Source of the DNA: an uncultured Chthonomonadaceae bacterium
GTDB taxonomy: Bacteria > Armatimonadota > Chthonomonadetes > Chthonomonadales > Chthonomonadaceae
Length of the DNA stretch: 64,000 nucleotides
NCBI GenBank assembly: GCA_963817895.1
Contig: CAWFQB010000007.1
Location: forward strand, 96,001-160,000
Direction: 5' to 3'
Numbering within the stretch: the stretch's first letter is position 1; every line of letters begins with the position of its first letter. The translations under genes and the position numbers were made by a program. Below are positions 33,659-43,684 of this stretch, piece by piece. The notes under the pieces were generated by a model. The model worked only from the letters and a program-made list of their open reading frames with translations, did no database searches and had not been told where the DNA came from.

Positions 33659-34176
33659 ATGCCAACGGAACAGAGTTCGGAGGAACAGACCACGATTGCG
33701 CCCGGGTCCATTATCGTTACGCCGGATGAGGGCAAGATACTGGAAGCGTTTGGCGACACGGTACAGGTCAAAATCAGCGGGCAGCAGACGAATGGCGCAA
33801 TGGTCGTTCTTCTGGATACCACTCCGCCGGCAGCGGCCCGCCGCCTCACATTCATCACAATGAGGACGAATTGTTCCTTATTGTGGAGGGGAGTTACCGT
33901 TTTCTGGTGAACGGGGAGTGGTCCGAAATTGTGGGAGCGGGAACGGCTGTGTATACTCCGCGCGGGCTGCGCCACACCTTTCAGAACGTCGGCGCGACAC
34001 CGAGCCGGCACTGGATCATTGCCACGCCTAGCGGGTTTGAGCAGTTCTTCGCGCAATGCGCGGCTGTGTTTGCCACGCCGGGACCGCCGGACATGGCGCA
34101 AATCTTGAGTATCTCCGCGCAACACGGTCTTGAATTTGTGCCGCCGCTGGCAGGCCCGCCTTCTGAAGCGGCCTGA
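33659..34176 (+). CDS. Cupin-domain protein (quercetin dioxygenase-like), frameshift ~33835
   Basis: GPPPHIHHNEDELFLIVEG...TPRGLRHTFQN...TPSGFEQFF. Confidence 0.85.
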
Positions 34177-34177
34177 T

Positions 34178-34711
34178 TCAGCCAATCTGCAGGGATACGA
34201 ATTGCACCCGCATGTCGGCCCGCACTTCGGCCCTAAACGCGCTCACCTGCACGTCTTTGTTGGCCTTCAGCACGGTTCTGACGGCTTCCTGTAAATCCTC
34301 CTGCTGCTGTCGGTATATCTCCAGCGTGTTGGCCCCGTACATTTTGCGGCGGTAGTCGGCGCAGGTAGCTTCGAGTGGACCCTCGCGGTTCATCGGGCCG
34401 TGAAAGATGAAGATGATCTCTTCCAGTCCGTGCGCGTCCACCAGAAAGGCGGCCTCCTGTCGGAAGTGTTCACCGCGAAAGTAGGAGAGTGTGCTGGAAG
34501 CCAACGCGCCCGGTCCGCCGGGCGCGTACAGGCGGTCGTAGTGGGTTATGCCCAGATGGTCGTTGAGAAAATCATCCAGACTCTGCTGGTAGCGCCCATC
34601 GGAGCAGGCGACAATCAGGATACGCGGGCGGGCGGCCTGCCATAAGCGCGTACTGACAAACGGTTTTTCGGCTTCCGCATCGGGCGGATGTATCTGGTTA
34701 GTTTGTTCCAT
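34178..34711 (-). CDS. Putative beta-class carbonic-anhydrase-like protein
   Basis: CSDGR, PGG, later H...C (IFHG...TCADY) putative Zn ligands; real start MEQTNQ. Confidence 0.6.
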   Translation of the reverse strand: MEQTNQIHPPDAEAEKPFVSTRLWQAARPRILIVACSDGRYQQSLDDFLNDHLGITHYDRLYAPGGPGALASSTLSYFRGEHFRQEAAFLVDAHGLEEIIFIFHGPMNREGPLEATCADYRRKMYGANTLEIYRQQQEDLQEAVRTVLKANKDVQVSAFRAEVRADMRVQFVSLQIG

Positions 34712-34807
34712 ATCGCTAAATTCCGCGTCCGCTTTCAGGTATCCTTTATTCACTCGTACCCTCTTGCCCGTGTTCTGCTCTGAAAGTCTTTTCTGGAGTT
34801 TGCCCTT

Positions 34808-37800
34808 ATGCCGACACCCGCCAGTGTGCTTGAACTTGTGCAGCGCTTTACGGACAACATCGCCAACTACAAATCCGGCCAATACAACGAGACGCAGGCG
34901 CGCGTGGAGTTTATTGACCCGCTTTTTGTCGCGCTTGGGTGGGACGTACACAACGCGCAGGGCTACGCCGAAGCCTACAAAGATGTTATCCACGAGGATA
35001 AGGTGAAAGTTGGCGGCATTATGAAGGCTCCCGATTATAGTTTCCGTATCGGCATGACGCGCAAGTTTTTTGTGGAAGCGAAAAAGCCCGCGCTCGATCT
35101 CAAAAGCGATGTTGACCCCGCGTTTCAACTCCGGCGCTATGCGTGGAGCGCGAAACTCCCCCTGTCCATTCTGACCGACTTTGAGGAGTTCGCCGTGTAT
35201 GACGGGCGCATCCCGCCCAACGCCAACGATGGCGCGGGGGTGGCCCGCATCAAATATTATGCCTATACCGACTACCTGCACAAGTGGGACGAGATCGCCG
35301 CGCTGTTTTCCAAAGAGGCTGTGCTGAAAGGCGCGTTCGACCGCTTTGCCGACGACAAAAAGGCCAAGCGCGGCACGACGGAAGTGGACGCGGCTTTTCT
35401 CGCGGAAATCGAAGGCTGGCGCAGCGCCCTTGCCCTCAATCTTGCCGCTAAAAACCCTGCCCTCTCCATTCGGCAACTGAACTTTGCCGTGCAGAAAACG
35501 ATTGACCGCATCATTTTTCTGCGAATTTGCGAGGACAGGGGCATTGAGGAGATGGGCCGGCTGCTGTCCCTCCTGAACGGCAAGAACGTTTACGAGCGTC
35601 TCATGGTTCAGTTCCGCGAGGCTGATGAGCGCTATAATTCCGGGCTGTTCCATTTCCAGACGGAGAAGGGGCGCGATGAGGGCGAGCGCGATACTCTTTC
35701 CCTGACGCTGAAAATTGAGGATGGCGTTCTCAAAGACATCCTCAAAAGCCTCTACTACCCCTCGCCCTACGCTTTCGAGGTCTTTCCCGCCGACATTCTG
35801 GGACAGGTGTATGAGCAGTTTCTCGGCAAAGTGATCGTTCTGGACAGCAAACACCGCGCCACTGTGGAGGAGAAGCCGGAGGTCCGCAAGGCGGGCGGCG
35901 TTTATTACACGCCTACCTACATCGTGGATTATATCGTGGGGCAGACGGTGGGCAAACTGCTGGAAAACAAAACGCCGAAACAGGTGGAACCGCTCAAAAT
36001 CCTCGATCCGGCCTGCGGTTCCGGTTCTTTTCTCATCGGGGCGTACCAGAAACTGCTGGATTGGCATCTGCACTGGTACGAGACGGAGGGCGCGGAAAAA
36101 CACGCGAAGGGCAAGGAGCCGAAAGTGTATCAGACATCAGGCGGCGGCTATCGCCTGACCACGACGGAGCGGCGGCGCATCCTGCTCAACAATATCTACG
36201 GCGTGGACATTGACCCGCAGGCTGTAGAGGTGACGAAACTTTCGCTGCTGTTGAAAATGCTGGAGGGCGAAACGCGGCAGACGGTACGGACGCAGACAAG
36301 CCTCTCGTTGGGGCGCGTCCTGCCCGACCTTGCCGGAAACATTCAGTGCGGCAACTCCCTCATCGGTTCCGACTTTTACGACAACCGGCAGATGACGATG
36401 CTGGACGAGGAGGAGATGTACCGCGTGAATGCCTTCGACTGGCACAAAGCGTTTTCAACTGTTTATAGCAATAAAACGGGGGGGGGTATTAGCGGCTTTG
36501 ACGCAATTATTGGCAACCCTCCCTATGTGCGGCAGGAATCGCTCGGAGAACAAAAGGCGTATCTTGCGCAACGTTACAAGACAGCGCATGGGGCTGCCGA
36601 CCTCTACGTTTACTTTATTGAAAAGGGCGTCAGCCTGCTCAAACCGGAAGGCCGCTTTGCTTACATTGTTGCCAACAAATGGCTACGAGCCAATTATGCC
36701 GAACCGATGCGAAAATGGCTGAAAACCCAGCGCGTCACCGAGATTGTAGACTTTGGCGATCTGCCAGTCTTTCAGAACGCGACGACCTACCCTTGTATCC
36801 TGCAAATAGAAAAAAATCACGCTGTAACGTCGTTCCGCGTTGCGCAGATAAAGTCCCTTGATTTCACCGATTTAAGCGAAACAGTAGAATCCGCGCAATT
36901 TCCCGTAAGCGTGGAGGGATTGGAAGATAAAGGCTGGACGCTGACACATGGGAGTGGGCAAACTCTTCTCAAAAAACTGCGTGAGGTGGGCGTTCCACTT
37001 GAGAAGTATGTCAACAAACAAGTTTATTATGGAATCAAGACGGGTCTAAATGAGGCGTTCGTGATTGACGCAGCGACGCGAACGCAATTGCTTGCGGAAG
37101 ACCCGAAAAGCGCCGACGTTGTCAAGCCCTTCCTCATTGGGCGTGAGGTAAAGCGGTTCACTGCGCCTGTCGCCCGTCAGTTTCTCATTCTGATGCCGCG
37201 TGGCTGGACGCGCCAACACAGCGCAAATGCAAAAGATGCCTGGGTGTGGTTACGCGAAAACTATGCCGCCGTCGCAAACTACTTACAGCCTTTTGCGGAC
37301 GCTGCCGAAAAGCGTTGCGACAAGGGTGAATACTGGTGGGAACTCCGCGCCTGCGATTACTATGACCGCTTCGAAGAGGCTAAAATCATCTATCCCAATA
37401 TTTGCAAACGCCCTGAATTCACTTTTGATACGAGCGGTTTGTACACGAACCAGAAATGTTTTATCATTCCGGTTGCGGATAAGTACCTTCTCGGCGTTCT
37501 TAATTCGTCGTTGTGTTTCTATCTGTTGCGGCACATTTTGCCTAAGTTGCGCGGCGATTTCTACGAACCAAGTTACGTCTATTTCAAGGATTTCCCCATA
37601 CGCCATATTGACTTCAACAACGCCGCCGATGTAGAACGCCATACGAAGATGGTTAGCCTTGTGGAGCAAATGCTCAGTCTCCACGCGAAACTTGCCGTCG
37701 CCGACTCGACCTCACGGACGGTTTTGCAGCGCCAGGTCGAAACGACCGACGCGCAGATTGACCGCCTTGTGTACGCCCTGTATGGTTTATCCGCCGAGGA

Positions 37801-37828
37801 GATTGCCATTGTGGAATCGGTTGGCTGA
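34808..37828 (+). CDS. Fused restriction-modification enzyme, type IIG-like (Eco57I/TaqI-C type N6-adenine MTase)
   Basis: N-terminal PD...VEAKK nuclease motif, GVYYTP, LDPACGSGSF (motif I), GNPPY (motif IV), C-terminal target-recognition domain. Confidence 0.93.
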   Translation: MPTPASVLELVQRFTDNIANYKSGQYNETQARVEFIDPLFVALGWDVHNAQGYAEAYKDVIHEDKVKVGGIMKAPDYSFRIGMTRKFFVEAKKPALDLKSDVDPAFQLRRYAWSAKLPLSILTDFEEFAVYDGRIPPNANDGAGVARIKYYAYTDYLHKWDEIAALFSKEAVLKGAFDRFADDKKAKRGTTEVDAAFLAEIEGWRSALALNLAAKNPALSIRQLNFAVQKTIDRIIFLRICEDRGIEEMGRLLSLLNGKNVYERLMVQFREADERYNSGLFHFQTEKGRDEGERDTLSLTLKIEDGVLKDILKSLYYPSPYAFEVFPADILGQVYEQFLGKVIVLDSKHRATVEEKPEVRKAGGVYYTPTYIVDYIVGQTVGKLLENKTPKQVEPLKILDPACGSGSFLIGAYQKLLDWHLHWYETEGAEKHAKGKEPKVYQTSGGGYRLTTTERRRILLNNIYGVDIDPQAVEVTKLSLLLKMLEGETRQTVRTQTSLSLGRVLPDLAGNIQCGNSLIGSDFYDNRQMTMLDEEEMYRVNAFDWHKAFSTVYSNKTGGGISGFDAIIGNPPYVRQESLGEQKAYLAQRYKTAHGAADLYVYFIEKGVSLLKPEGRFAYIVANKWLRANYAEPMRKWLKTQRVTEIVDFGDLPVFQNATTYPCILQIEKNHAVTSFRVAQIKSLDFTDLSETVESAQFPVSVEGLEDKGWTLTHGSGQTLLKKLREVGVPLEKYVNKQVYYGIKTGLNEAFVIDAATRTQLLAEDPKSADVVKPFLIGREVKRFTAPVARQFLILMPRGWTRQHSANAKDAWVWLRENYAAVANYLQPFADAAEKRCDKGEYWWELRACDYYDRFEEAKIIYPNICKRPEFTFDTSGLYTNQKCFIIPVADKYLLGVLNSSLCFYLLRHILPKLRGDFYEPSYVYFKDFPIRHIDFNNAADVERHTKMVSLVEQMLSLHAKLAVADSTSRTVLQRQVETTDAQIDRLVYALYGLSAEEIAIVESVG

Positions 37829-37856
37829 CGGTTTTTGCCTTTTCAGGCATTGCCTG

Positions 37857-37976
37857 TGCCGGGTATTGAAAATACCCGGCAGGAAAGTGCAAGCGTCTTT
37901 CAGACGCGGGAGTTCTGGTAGAGAGTTGCGTCCGAAGGACGATTGTTTTGTTGAGGCGGGGATTTTCAATCCCCGG
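37857..37976. repeat. REPIN-like nested inverted repeats
   Basis: gccgggtattgaaaatacccggc...gcgtctttcagacgc // gcgtccgaaggacg...gcggggattttcaatccccgg. Confidence 0.6.
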
Positions 37977-38023
37977 TAAGCCCCGAACCACGTAAGCGCC
38001 TTGAATTTGAAACGCATCCGTAA

Positions 38024-39556
38024 TCAGGAGAGTGGCAGATCAGGGCGGGCGGTGTAGGTCAGGCAGCCGAGGGTTTCGGGGCGGCGCAGGACGCGATGCG
38101 CGAGGAAACGTCCCCAACGGGCGCGGGGCTGCATGAGGAGCCTGCCCGTAAAATGCAGTTCCTCCCCGCCGTCTTCCGCCACGCCAACCCCGCTCTCAAA
38201 TTCAACGCGCAGGCCCAGCATCGGCAGGCGCAGGCTACACCAGTATACGGCGCGCGAATGTACCAGTAATCCGCCTTCAGGAAGCGGCGTCACGTTGAAT
38301 GCCATGACGACATGCAGGCGCGGGAAAACTTCGCATAGAGTGAGCTGTCCCCCTATCCGGCGTATGACAAAGTCGGCGTCGAAAACGCGCAGGTGGCTGC
38401 CGCAGTAGAGTTCCCGCAGAAAGCGCATGGAGCCGTCGGGACGGCGAAACACGCGGAAGCGGGCGGCAATATCGCTTTGTCCCTGCTCGTACAACCCTTG
38501 TCCGGTCACAAAGGTAGCAAGGCGCGACAGCAGACGAATGGGGCCGGTGCGCAGATCGAGCGAGGCGGTCACGTCGTAATGCGAGGGGTTCTGATAAAAG
38601 CGGTCAATGGCAGGATGCACTTCGTGGACTCGTTCGCGCAACACCTGCGTTAGAAGCGGCCAGCGAATCTCATCGGTCAGCCGCCCCCGCTCTTTTTGCC
38701 GCATCCCCTGCCGGTACACGCGGGCCGCCATCCACGCCAGAACGGTATAGCGCAGCAACTCCCACGCGCAGGCGCGGTAGCCGACAGCCCCACTCTCCAC
38801 TTTGAGCGCGGGCGTGACAAAGGCGCGGGCGGTTTCGCGGGCAAAGCGGCCCATCAGCGGCCACCCGGCTTTGAGTAAATGCGGCACACTGCGCAGCATG
38901 GTTTCGGCCATCGCGGTTTCGTAGGGAACGCGGCCTGCCAGCGCGTCAGCGTCGTAAGCGCGCGCCCCAAGCGTGACTTCCAGATGCAGGCGCAGGGCTT
39001 GCCAGGTCGGATCGTCGGGATGCAGGGCGGCGTCACGAACAAAGGATTCGAGTTCACCTGCCGCGCGCGCCTGTTCCAGGTCCGCGATATGGGCCGCAAC
39101 CCACAACTCCTCTATCACTTCCCAGGGACGCCCAAGTTCGCAGGCGTGGGCATACTGTTCCCACGCGGGCGTTCGGGGCTTGCCGTCTGGTCCGGCGGGA
39201 TTAACCACTTCGCCGATGCGGTCGAACGTGGGGGAATAGCCGCAAAAGCGACCGAGCGTGAGGGCGCAGGCGGCAAGCAGGTGAGTGCGGGCCATGAGGC
39301 TGGGATAGGCGCGATAAAAGCGCGATATCCGCGCCTGCCGCTGTCGCGCCCGCAACTGCCTGCGCGCGAACGCTTCCCGTTCTTCCGGCGTAGCGTGCGG
39401 CAAAAACCGCCCGACTTCGCGCAGGCACTCTGCCCATGCCGCCGTATCAACAGGGGCGGAACTTTCCTGTCTGTTTTCAGAAAAAGCCTTTTCCATGCAA
39501 TCACGTCTTCGCGCCGACCACTTTCCGACAGTATTGCGGTTTGAAGTGGCGGACAC
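38024..39556 (-). CDS. Hypothetical protein; C-terminus resembles YndH/DUF4166-like domains
   Basis: 510-aa ORF; VHPAIDRFYQNPSHYD segment; start uncertain. Confidence 0.5.
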   Translation of the reverse strand: MSATSNRNTVGKWSARRRDCMEKAFSENRQESSAPVDTAAWAECLREVGRFLPHATPEEREAFARRQLRARQRQARISRFYRAYPSLMARTHLLAACALTLGRFCGYSPTFDRIGEVVNPAGPDGKPRTPAWEQYAHACELGRPWEVIEELWVAAHIADLEQARAAGELESFVRDAALHPDDPTWQALRLHLEVTLGARAYDADALAGRVPYETAMAETMLRSVPHLLKAGWPLMGRFARETARAFVTPALKVESGAVGYRACAWELLRYTVLAWMAARVYRQGMRQKERGRLTDEIRWPLLTQVLRERVHEVHPAIDRFYQNPSHYDVTASLDLRTGPIRLLSRLATFVTGQGLYEQGQSDIAARFRVFRRPDGSMRFLRELYCGSHLRVFDADFVIRRIGGQLTLCEVFPRLHVVMAFNVTPLPEGGLLVHSRAVYWCSLRLPMLGLRVEFESGVGVAEDGGEELHFTGRLLMQPRARWGRFLAHRVLRRPETLGCLTYTARPDLPLS

Positions 39557-39604
39557 ATCCTATGTTATAATAGTACCAGCAAATACAGAACGCGCGCCTA
39601 TCGC

Positions 39605-40063
39605 GTGACGGATGAGGAGGCAAACGGTATGGAAGTGGAGATAGAAGTAAAAGCGGAGACGCGACGTTTTTTGAAGAAGGGTGAGCGCGGGTTAAAAAGT
39701 AAGAAGCCCTCGCCGTCAATACCCGTTCCAACGGCTTCCCCTGTCAAAAGCGGGGATACCATTGTACCGACAACCCCCGCGCCTGCGCAAGTGGAGTCGC
39801 AAACGCAAATTGCCAACCGCATTTTCCGGCAACGGGCAGAAAAGATTGCCGACGCGACGGTGACGGTACGCCCCGGCGAAAACGAATGGGAACCAATTCA
39901 CCGCGTCGAAATACCTGAATTGCGAAGCGAGGCGTTTGATAAAATCGTCAAACTGCGCAGCAATCTGTATCGCAAGTACCCGGACGCAACCATCAATATA
40001 GAGTTTCGCGGCAGGCGTGAACTGGACGAAGCCAATAACACCTCACGCTACGCCAATCTTTAG
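39605..40063 (+). CDS. Hypothetical protein, candidate antitoxin partner of the downstream HEPN-like gene
   Basis: 152-aa ORF immediately upstream of and co-oriented with the HEPN-like gene. Confidence 0.5.
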   Translation: MTDEEANGMEVEIEVKAETRRFLKKGERGLKSKKPSPSIPVPTASPVKSGDTIVPTTPAPAQVESQTQIANRIFRQRAEKIADATVTVRPGENEWEPIHRVEIPELRSEAFDKIVKLRSNLYRKYPDATINIEFRGRRELDEANNTSRYANL

Positions 40064-40078
40064 AGAAAGCAGGCGTTC

Positions 40079-40493
40079 ATGCCTTCCAGACAACCGCCGA
40101 GACTACAGTCGGGAAAGCAAGCGCGCAAGCATATTGACGGGGCGCAGGAGAACTATCAACGGTACGAACGCTTGCTGCAAACGCCGGAAGATGCGGCATG
40201 GTCAATTGTAGCCCTGTTCTATACCGCGTTGCATCTCGTGCAGGCTCATGCGGTAGCAAAAAGCGGGTTGCTAACAGGAGCCGGTTCCCGATAACCACAA
40301 TGAGCGAATCAAGTATATAACAAAGCATTTGGGCCGTATCGAACGGGATTACATCAGGCTCGAAGAAGCAAGTAAATATGTTCGGTACGATCTCTGGCGG
40401 GCAACGCCAGAAGAGGCGACAGAGTATCACGAACTGGAATTTTCGCGCATTCGAACGCACCTTGCCGCGCAAAACATAGCATGGAGCGAGTGA
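40079..40493 (+). CDS. HEPN-like protein, frameshift ~40260-40285
   Basis: WSIVALFYTALHLV, then in another frame PDNHNERIKY...LEEASKYVRYD...WSE*. Confidence 0.65.
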
Positions 40494-40899
40494 GGTTCGG
40501 CGCCCGATTGGTTTCTTGTTTGTCAGCAACGTTCAACATAACACCATACGCTTAACGCCTTGCAAGGAGAAGCTATGCGACTGAACTTGAGCGAAGAATG
40601 GTATGCGCGGGAGTTTCGCAAAGATGCCGGGGAACCCGCCGTCTCGGTAGCCGCAGGACGCGCCAATGCGCAAGCTCCGTTAGTAGAAGAGCCGACAGCG
40701 CAAGCGGATAACAAACACGTCCAAGAAACAGTCCCTCAATCAACACAATTACCACCTAATAACATATAACATTCAAAAATATTATTTGAATATGGATTGC
40801 AGAATATATTCTACACTACCATAAATTCTTTAGGTTGCCAAATTATTACAATCCGTAGTTGTTGATGCCATCTGTTTATGACGTTCTTCAATGTCATAG

Positions 40900-41319
40900 T
40901 CAGGGTCTTCCACTCTTTTTGGGGAGATGCGTACTTACTTCATTGGATACGCACCAGTCATTGCCAACCTTTAGCAATAACCTTTCCGTCAGTTCAGGAA
41001 CAAAGTCCTTGATTTTTGCCGGACCGAGGCCATTCTTATCCTTATTGGCATCAGAATGAATCATCGGAAAGGTTTTCAACATGTATCCTTCCTCTTCAAT
41101 CAGGCGAATATGCTCTCTGGATTGCTTGTAGCCTGCTCTCCTTTTACCAGAATCGTCCGTCTGCCAACTTTCACGGAGTATAACTGTTGTGTTGCCTTCT
41201 GTTTCTTTATCCCAAGCCCCAAAGATGACTACCTTTTCTTGTGAGTTGATAAATGACCAACTCCAAATCCAATTATCACAAGTGGCTCCTTGTGCTTGGA
41301 TAAATCTTTTTCTGTTCAT
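40900..41319 (-). pseudogene. N-terminal domain of an HNH-endonuclease family, nuclease domain missing or eroded
   Basis: MNRKRFIQAQGATCDNWIWSWSFIN...VIFGAW recalled as the N-terminus of HNH proteins; AT-rich; downstream VEDP-like linker decays into stops. Confidence 0.55.
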
Positions 41320-41340
41320 TTGATATCCTCTTGTAGCAAG

Positions 41341-42816
41341 CTACTTGCCGCCGAGCAGTTCGCGCAGGCGGCGCAGTCCGGCTCCGTTTCCGGCTCCCTG
41401 TCCGTTGCCAGTACCGGCTCTCCGGCGGTTGCCGAATTCGGGCAGGTTTTCTACGGTTTTGCCCTGCGTCAGATGTTCGGCGTCTATGGTGTAGCTGACG
41501 AAGGCGAGACACATCTCATCCGTTGTCTGTTCGCCCCAATGCACCAGTTTAGGCGGGCTGCTCGGATTGCGCGGGTTGCCGGTGGAATTGTCGTAACGGG
41601 CCAGCAGGTTGATGTCGGAACCTTTCGGCAATTGAATCGGCTGCTTGAACTGGTAGGTGGTCTGCCAGTTGAAATCCCAATCCGGCACGTTGACGAGGGT
41701 TTGCTTTGCCCCGTCCGGGCGGGTCGCGGTCACTTCCATCGCCCGTCCGATGAGGTGCATGTGCGGCATCACGTCCAGAACGGTAATGTCCTGATTGATT
41801 TTCAGCGGGCGAATGGCGGGAATGGCGTAATCGGCCTTTCCCGGCGGAATGTACAGCAGGGGATTGATGACCATGCTGACGCGCAGGCGCTTGTCTACGG
41901 GCGTTTTGCAGAAGTGCAGGCCGATTTTGGTTTTGTCCTGCTCCGGCTTGCCGTCCTTGTGGTAGTGAACCTGAAGCACCACGTCCGCGCCTTTGGGCAG
42001 CAGGATTCCCACGCCCTCGGGCAGGCGGCGCGGCATGTTTCCGGGCGCCCATCCGCCGAGCGACCCGGACGGGGTAATTCCCACGCCGCCGTGTGAGGTG
42101 TAGCCGGGGCCGGGATCGGCGGCGTCCAGTTCGCGCGCTTTGCCGCTGGTGTCCAGAAACGCGATGACATGATGGACGACTTTGCTGTTGCCGGGACGCA
42201 CTTCCACAGCAGACACATAGCGGTCTTCATTATAATTGGCGGGAAGCACGAAGCAGCGGTACACGTCGCTGCCCTCCGCCGCAAGCGTATACGGTTCGTC
42301 GGAGCCTAACACAACGTCCGGCTGTCCGAGCGTCCAGCCCTCCGTGAACTTCGGCGGCGCGGGAGCCTGCTTCAGATTGCCCGGTTTCGCGCCTTCGTCC
42401 GCCCACTGTGACAGCAATCCGATTTGTTCCGGCGTCAAATGCCGCGCGTCGTAAAAGGCGGAGGGGGCGGGTTCGGTGGCTTTCCAGGGCGGCATGAAGT
42501 GGGATTGCGTCACGGTGGCGATCTGTTTGGCCCGTTTTTTCACGTCGTCGTATGTGAGCAGAGAAAACGGGGCCACTTCGCCGGGGCGGTGGCAGCTTGC
42601 GCAATTGGCGTTGATGAGCGGCGCGATGTCATGCGAAAACGTGAGAGCGCCTTTAGGCCGGGGTACATACGCCGGTTCTTTGAGTGTACTCGCGTCTTTC
42701 GGCGCATCCGGGTTGATTCCGGCATGAGCGGCGGGAACGCTGCTCCTCCACAATCCGCCCGCCAGTCCGGCGAGGCTCAACAGCGTCAACAGCAATGCAG
42801 GTTTGCGAAGGGACAT
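41341..42816 (-). CDS. Cytochrome c / copper type II ascorbate-dependent monooxygenase-like protein
   Basis: Signal peptide, CASCH heme motif, VHHVI, PHMH, WDFNWQ, DEMC. Confidence 0.85.
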   Translation of the reverse strand: MSLRKPALLLTLLSLAGLAGGLWRSSVPAAHAGINPDAPKDASTLKEPAYVPRPKGALTFSHDIAPLINANCASCHRPGEVAPFSLLTYDDVKKRAKQIATVTQSHFMPPWKATEPAPSAFYDARHLTPEQIGLLSQWADEGAKPGNLKQAPAPPKFTEGWTLGQPDVVLGSDEPYTLAAEGSDVYRCFVLPANYNEDRYVSAVEVRPGNSKVVHHVIAFLDTSGKARELDAADPGPGYTSHGGVGITPSGSLGGWAPGNMPRRLPEGVGILLPKGADVVLQVHYHKDGKPEQDKTKIGLHFCKTPVDKRLRVSMVINPLLYIPPGKADYAIPAIRPLKINQDITVLDVMPHMHLIGRAMEVTATRPDGAKQTLVNVPDWDFNWQTTYQFKQPIQLPKGSDINLLARYDNSTGNPRNPSSPPKLVHWGEQTTDEMCLAFVSYTIDAEHLTQGKTVENLPEFGNRRRAGTGNGQGAGNGAGLRRLRELLGGK

Positions 42817-42835
42817 TGGGAACTCCAGGAGGAAG

Positions 42836-42934
42836 GGATGAGATACGAGATACGAGTATTCATTATCAATGAACTGTTTATTTAACACAAGGGTATATAG
42901 GAATGACTCATATCTCGTATCTCGTATCTCATCC
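42836..42934. repeat. Inverted (GATACGA)n heptamer pair
   Basis: gggatgagatacgagatacgag ... tcatatctcgtatctcgtatctcatccc. Confidence 0.8.
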
Positions 42935-43549
42935 CTTCCCCATCGGTGGCAGAAAACAGCCGATAGCGCGCCCAGAAGCGGGCGGAACAGGTTTGCCCTG
43001 CGCGATGGCGTCCAGAGCGGCGCGTAAATCGCGCGTGGTCGGTTGGGAACGGGCTTTGCCGAAATCCACATAACGGTCGTCAATGCGGCCCCGGTACAGC
43101 ACTTTGCCGTTCGCGCCCACAATCGCGGCTTCGGGCGTTACGGTTGCGCCTGTGAACTTTGCCAGAATCTGGGTTCGGTCTAGCAGAGCAGGAAATGTGT
43201 AGCCGTAATTGCGCGCATGTTGTTTCGCCGCTTTCGGAGTGAGGGACGGGTCTACATACACGAGATAAAAGTCGAATTTCGCCCCGGCATACGCTTTCTG
43301 GATACGCTGGATTTCCGGCGCGTAGCTGTTGGCGATGGGGCAGTCGTTGGTGACAAAAAGCAGCACGGCGGCGCGATTGGCGGCAGTCCCTAAGGGCGTC
43401 CGGTCATGCCCCTCCACATCTCGCACATGAATGGCAGTCGCAATAACAGGGCGGGAATGAGGCGTGTTGCTTTTGCTCCCCTCGCCCACACATGGCGAGA
43501 TAAGGCTGCAAGCCAGAACTACAGAAAAACCGGCAATCATTGTTCTCAT
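42929..43549 (-). CDS. Redoxin (thioredoxin-fold) family exported protein
   Basis: FVTNDCPIANSYAP, GATVTPEA, YRGRIDD, AIGC. Confidence 0.88.
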   Translation of the reverse strand: MRTMIAGFSVVLACSLISPCVGEGSKSNTPHSRPVIATAIHVRDVEGHDRTPLGTAANRAAVLLFVTNDCPIANSYAPEIQRIQKAYAGAKFDFYLVYVDPSLTPKAAKQHARNYGYTFPALLDRTQILAKFTGATVTPEAAIVGANGKVLYRGRIDDRYVDFGKARSQPTTRDLRAALDAIAQGKPVPPASGRAIGCFLPPMGKG

Positions 43550-43684
43550 ACTGTGTCCCCGCGCGTTTACTGTTTCTCCCTACCTCTAAATAATAGATTT
43601 TTTATTGTACCGTAAAACGCGCGCTTTCGCAGACACGAATTCAATCATGCGCCATTGGTACAGCAATTCTTTTCAAGAGCAACC

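Noticed and set aside
34712..36103. N-terminal extension of the 641-aa minus-strand ORF
   Set aside because: Antisense to the R-M gene; only 34178-34711 looks like a real protein.
40560..40769. 69-aa ORF after the HEPN-like gene
   Set aside because: Short, with no recognisable motif; cannot support it as a gene.
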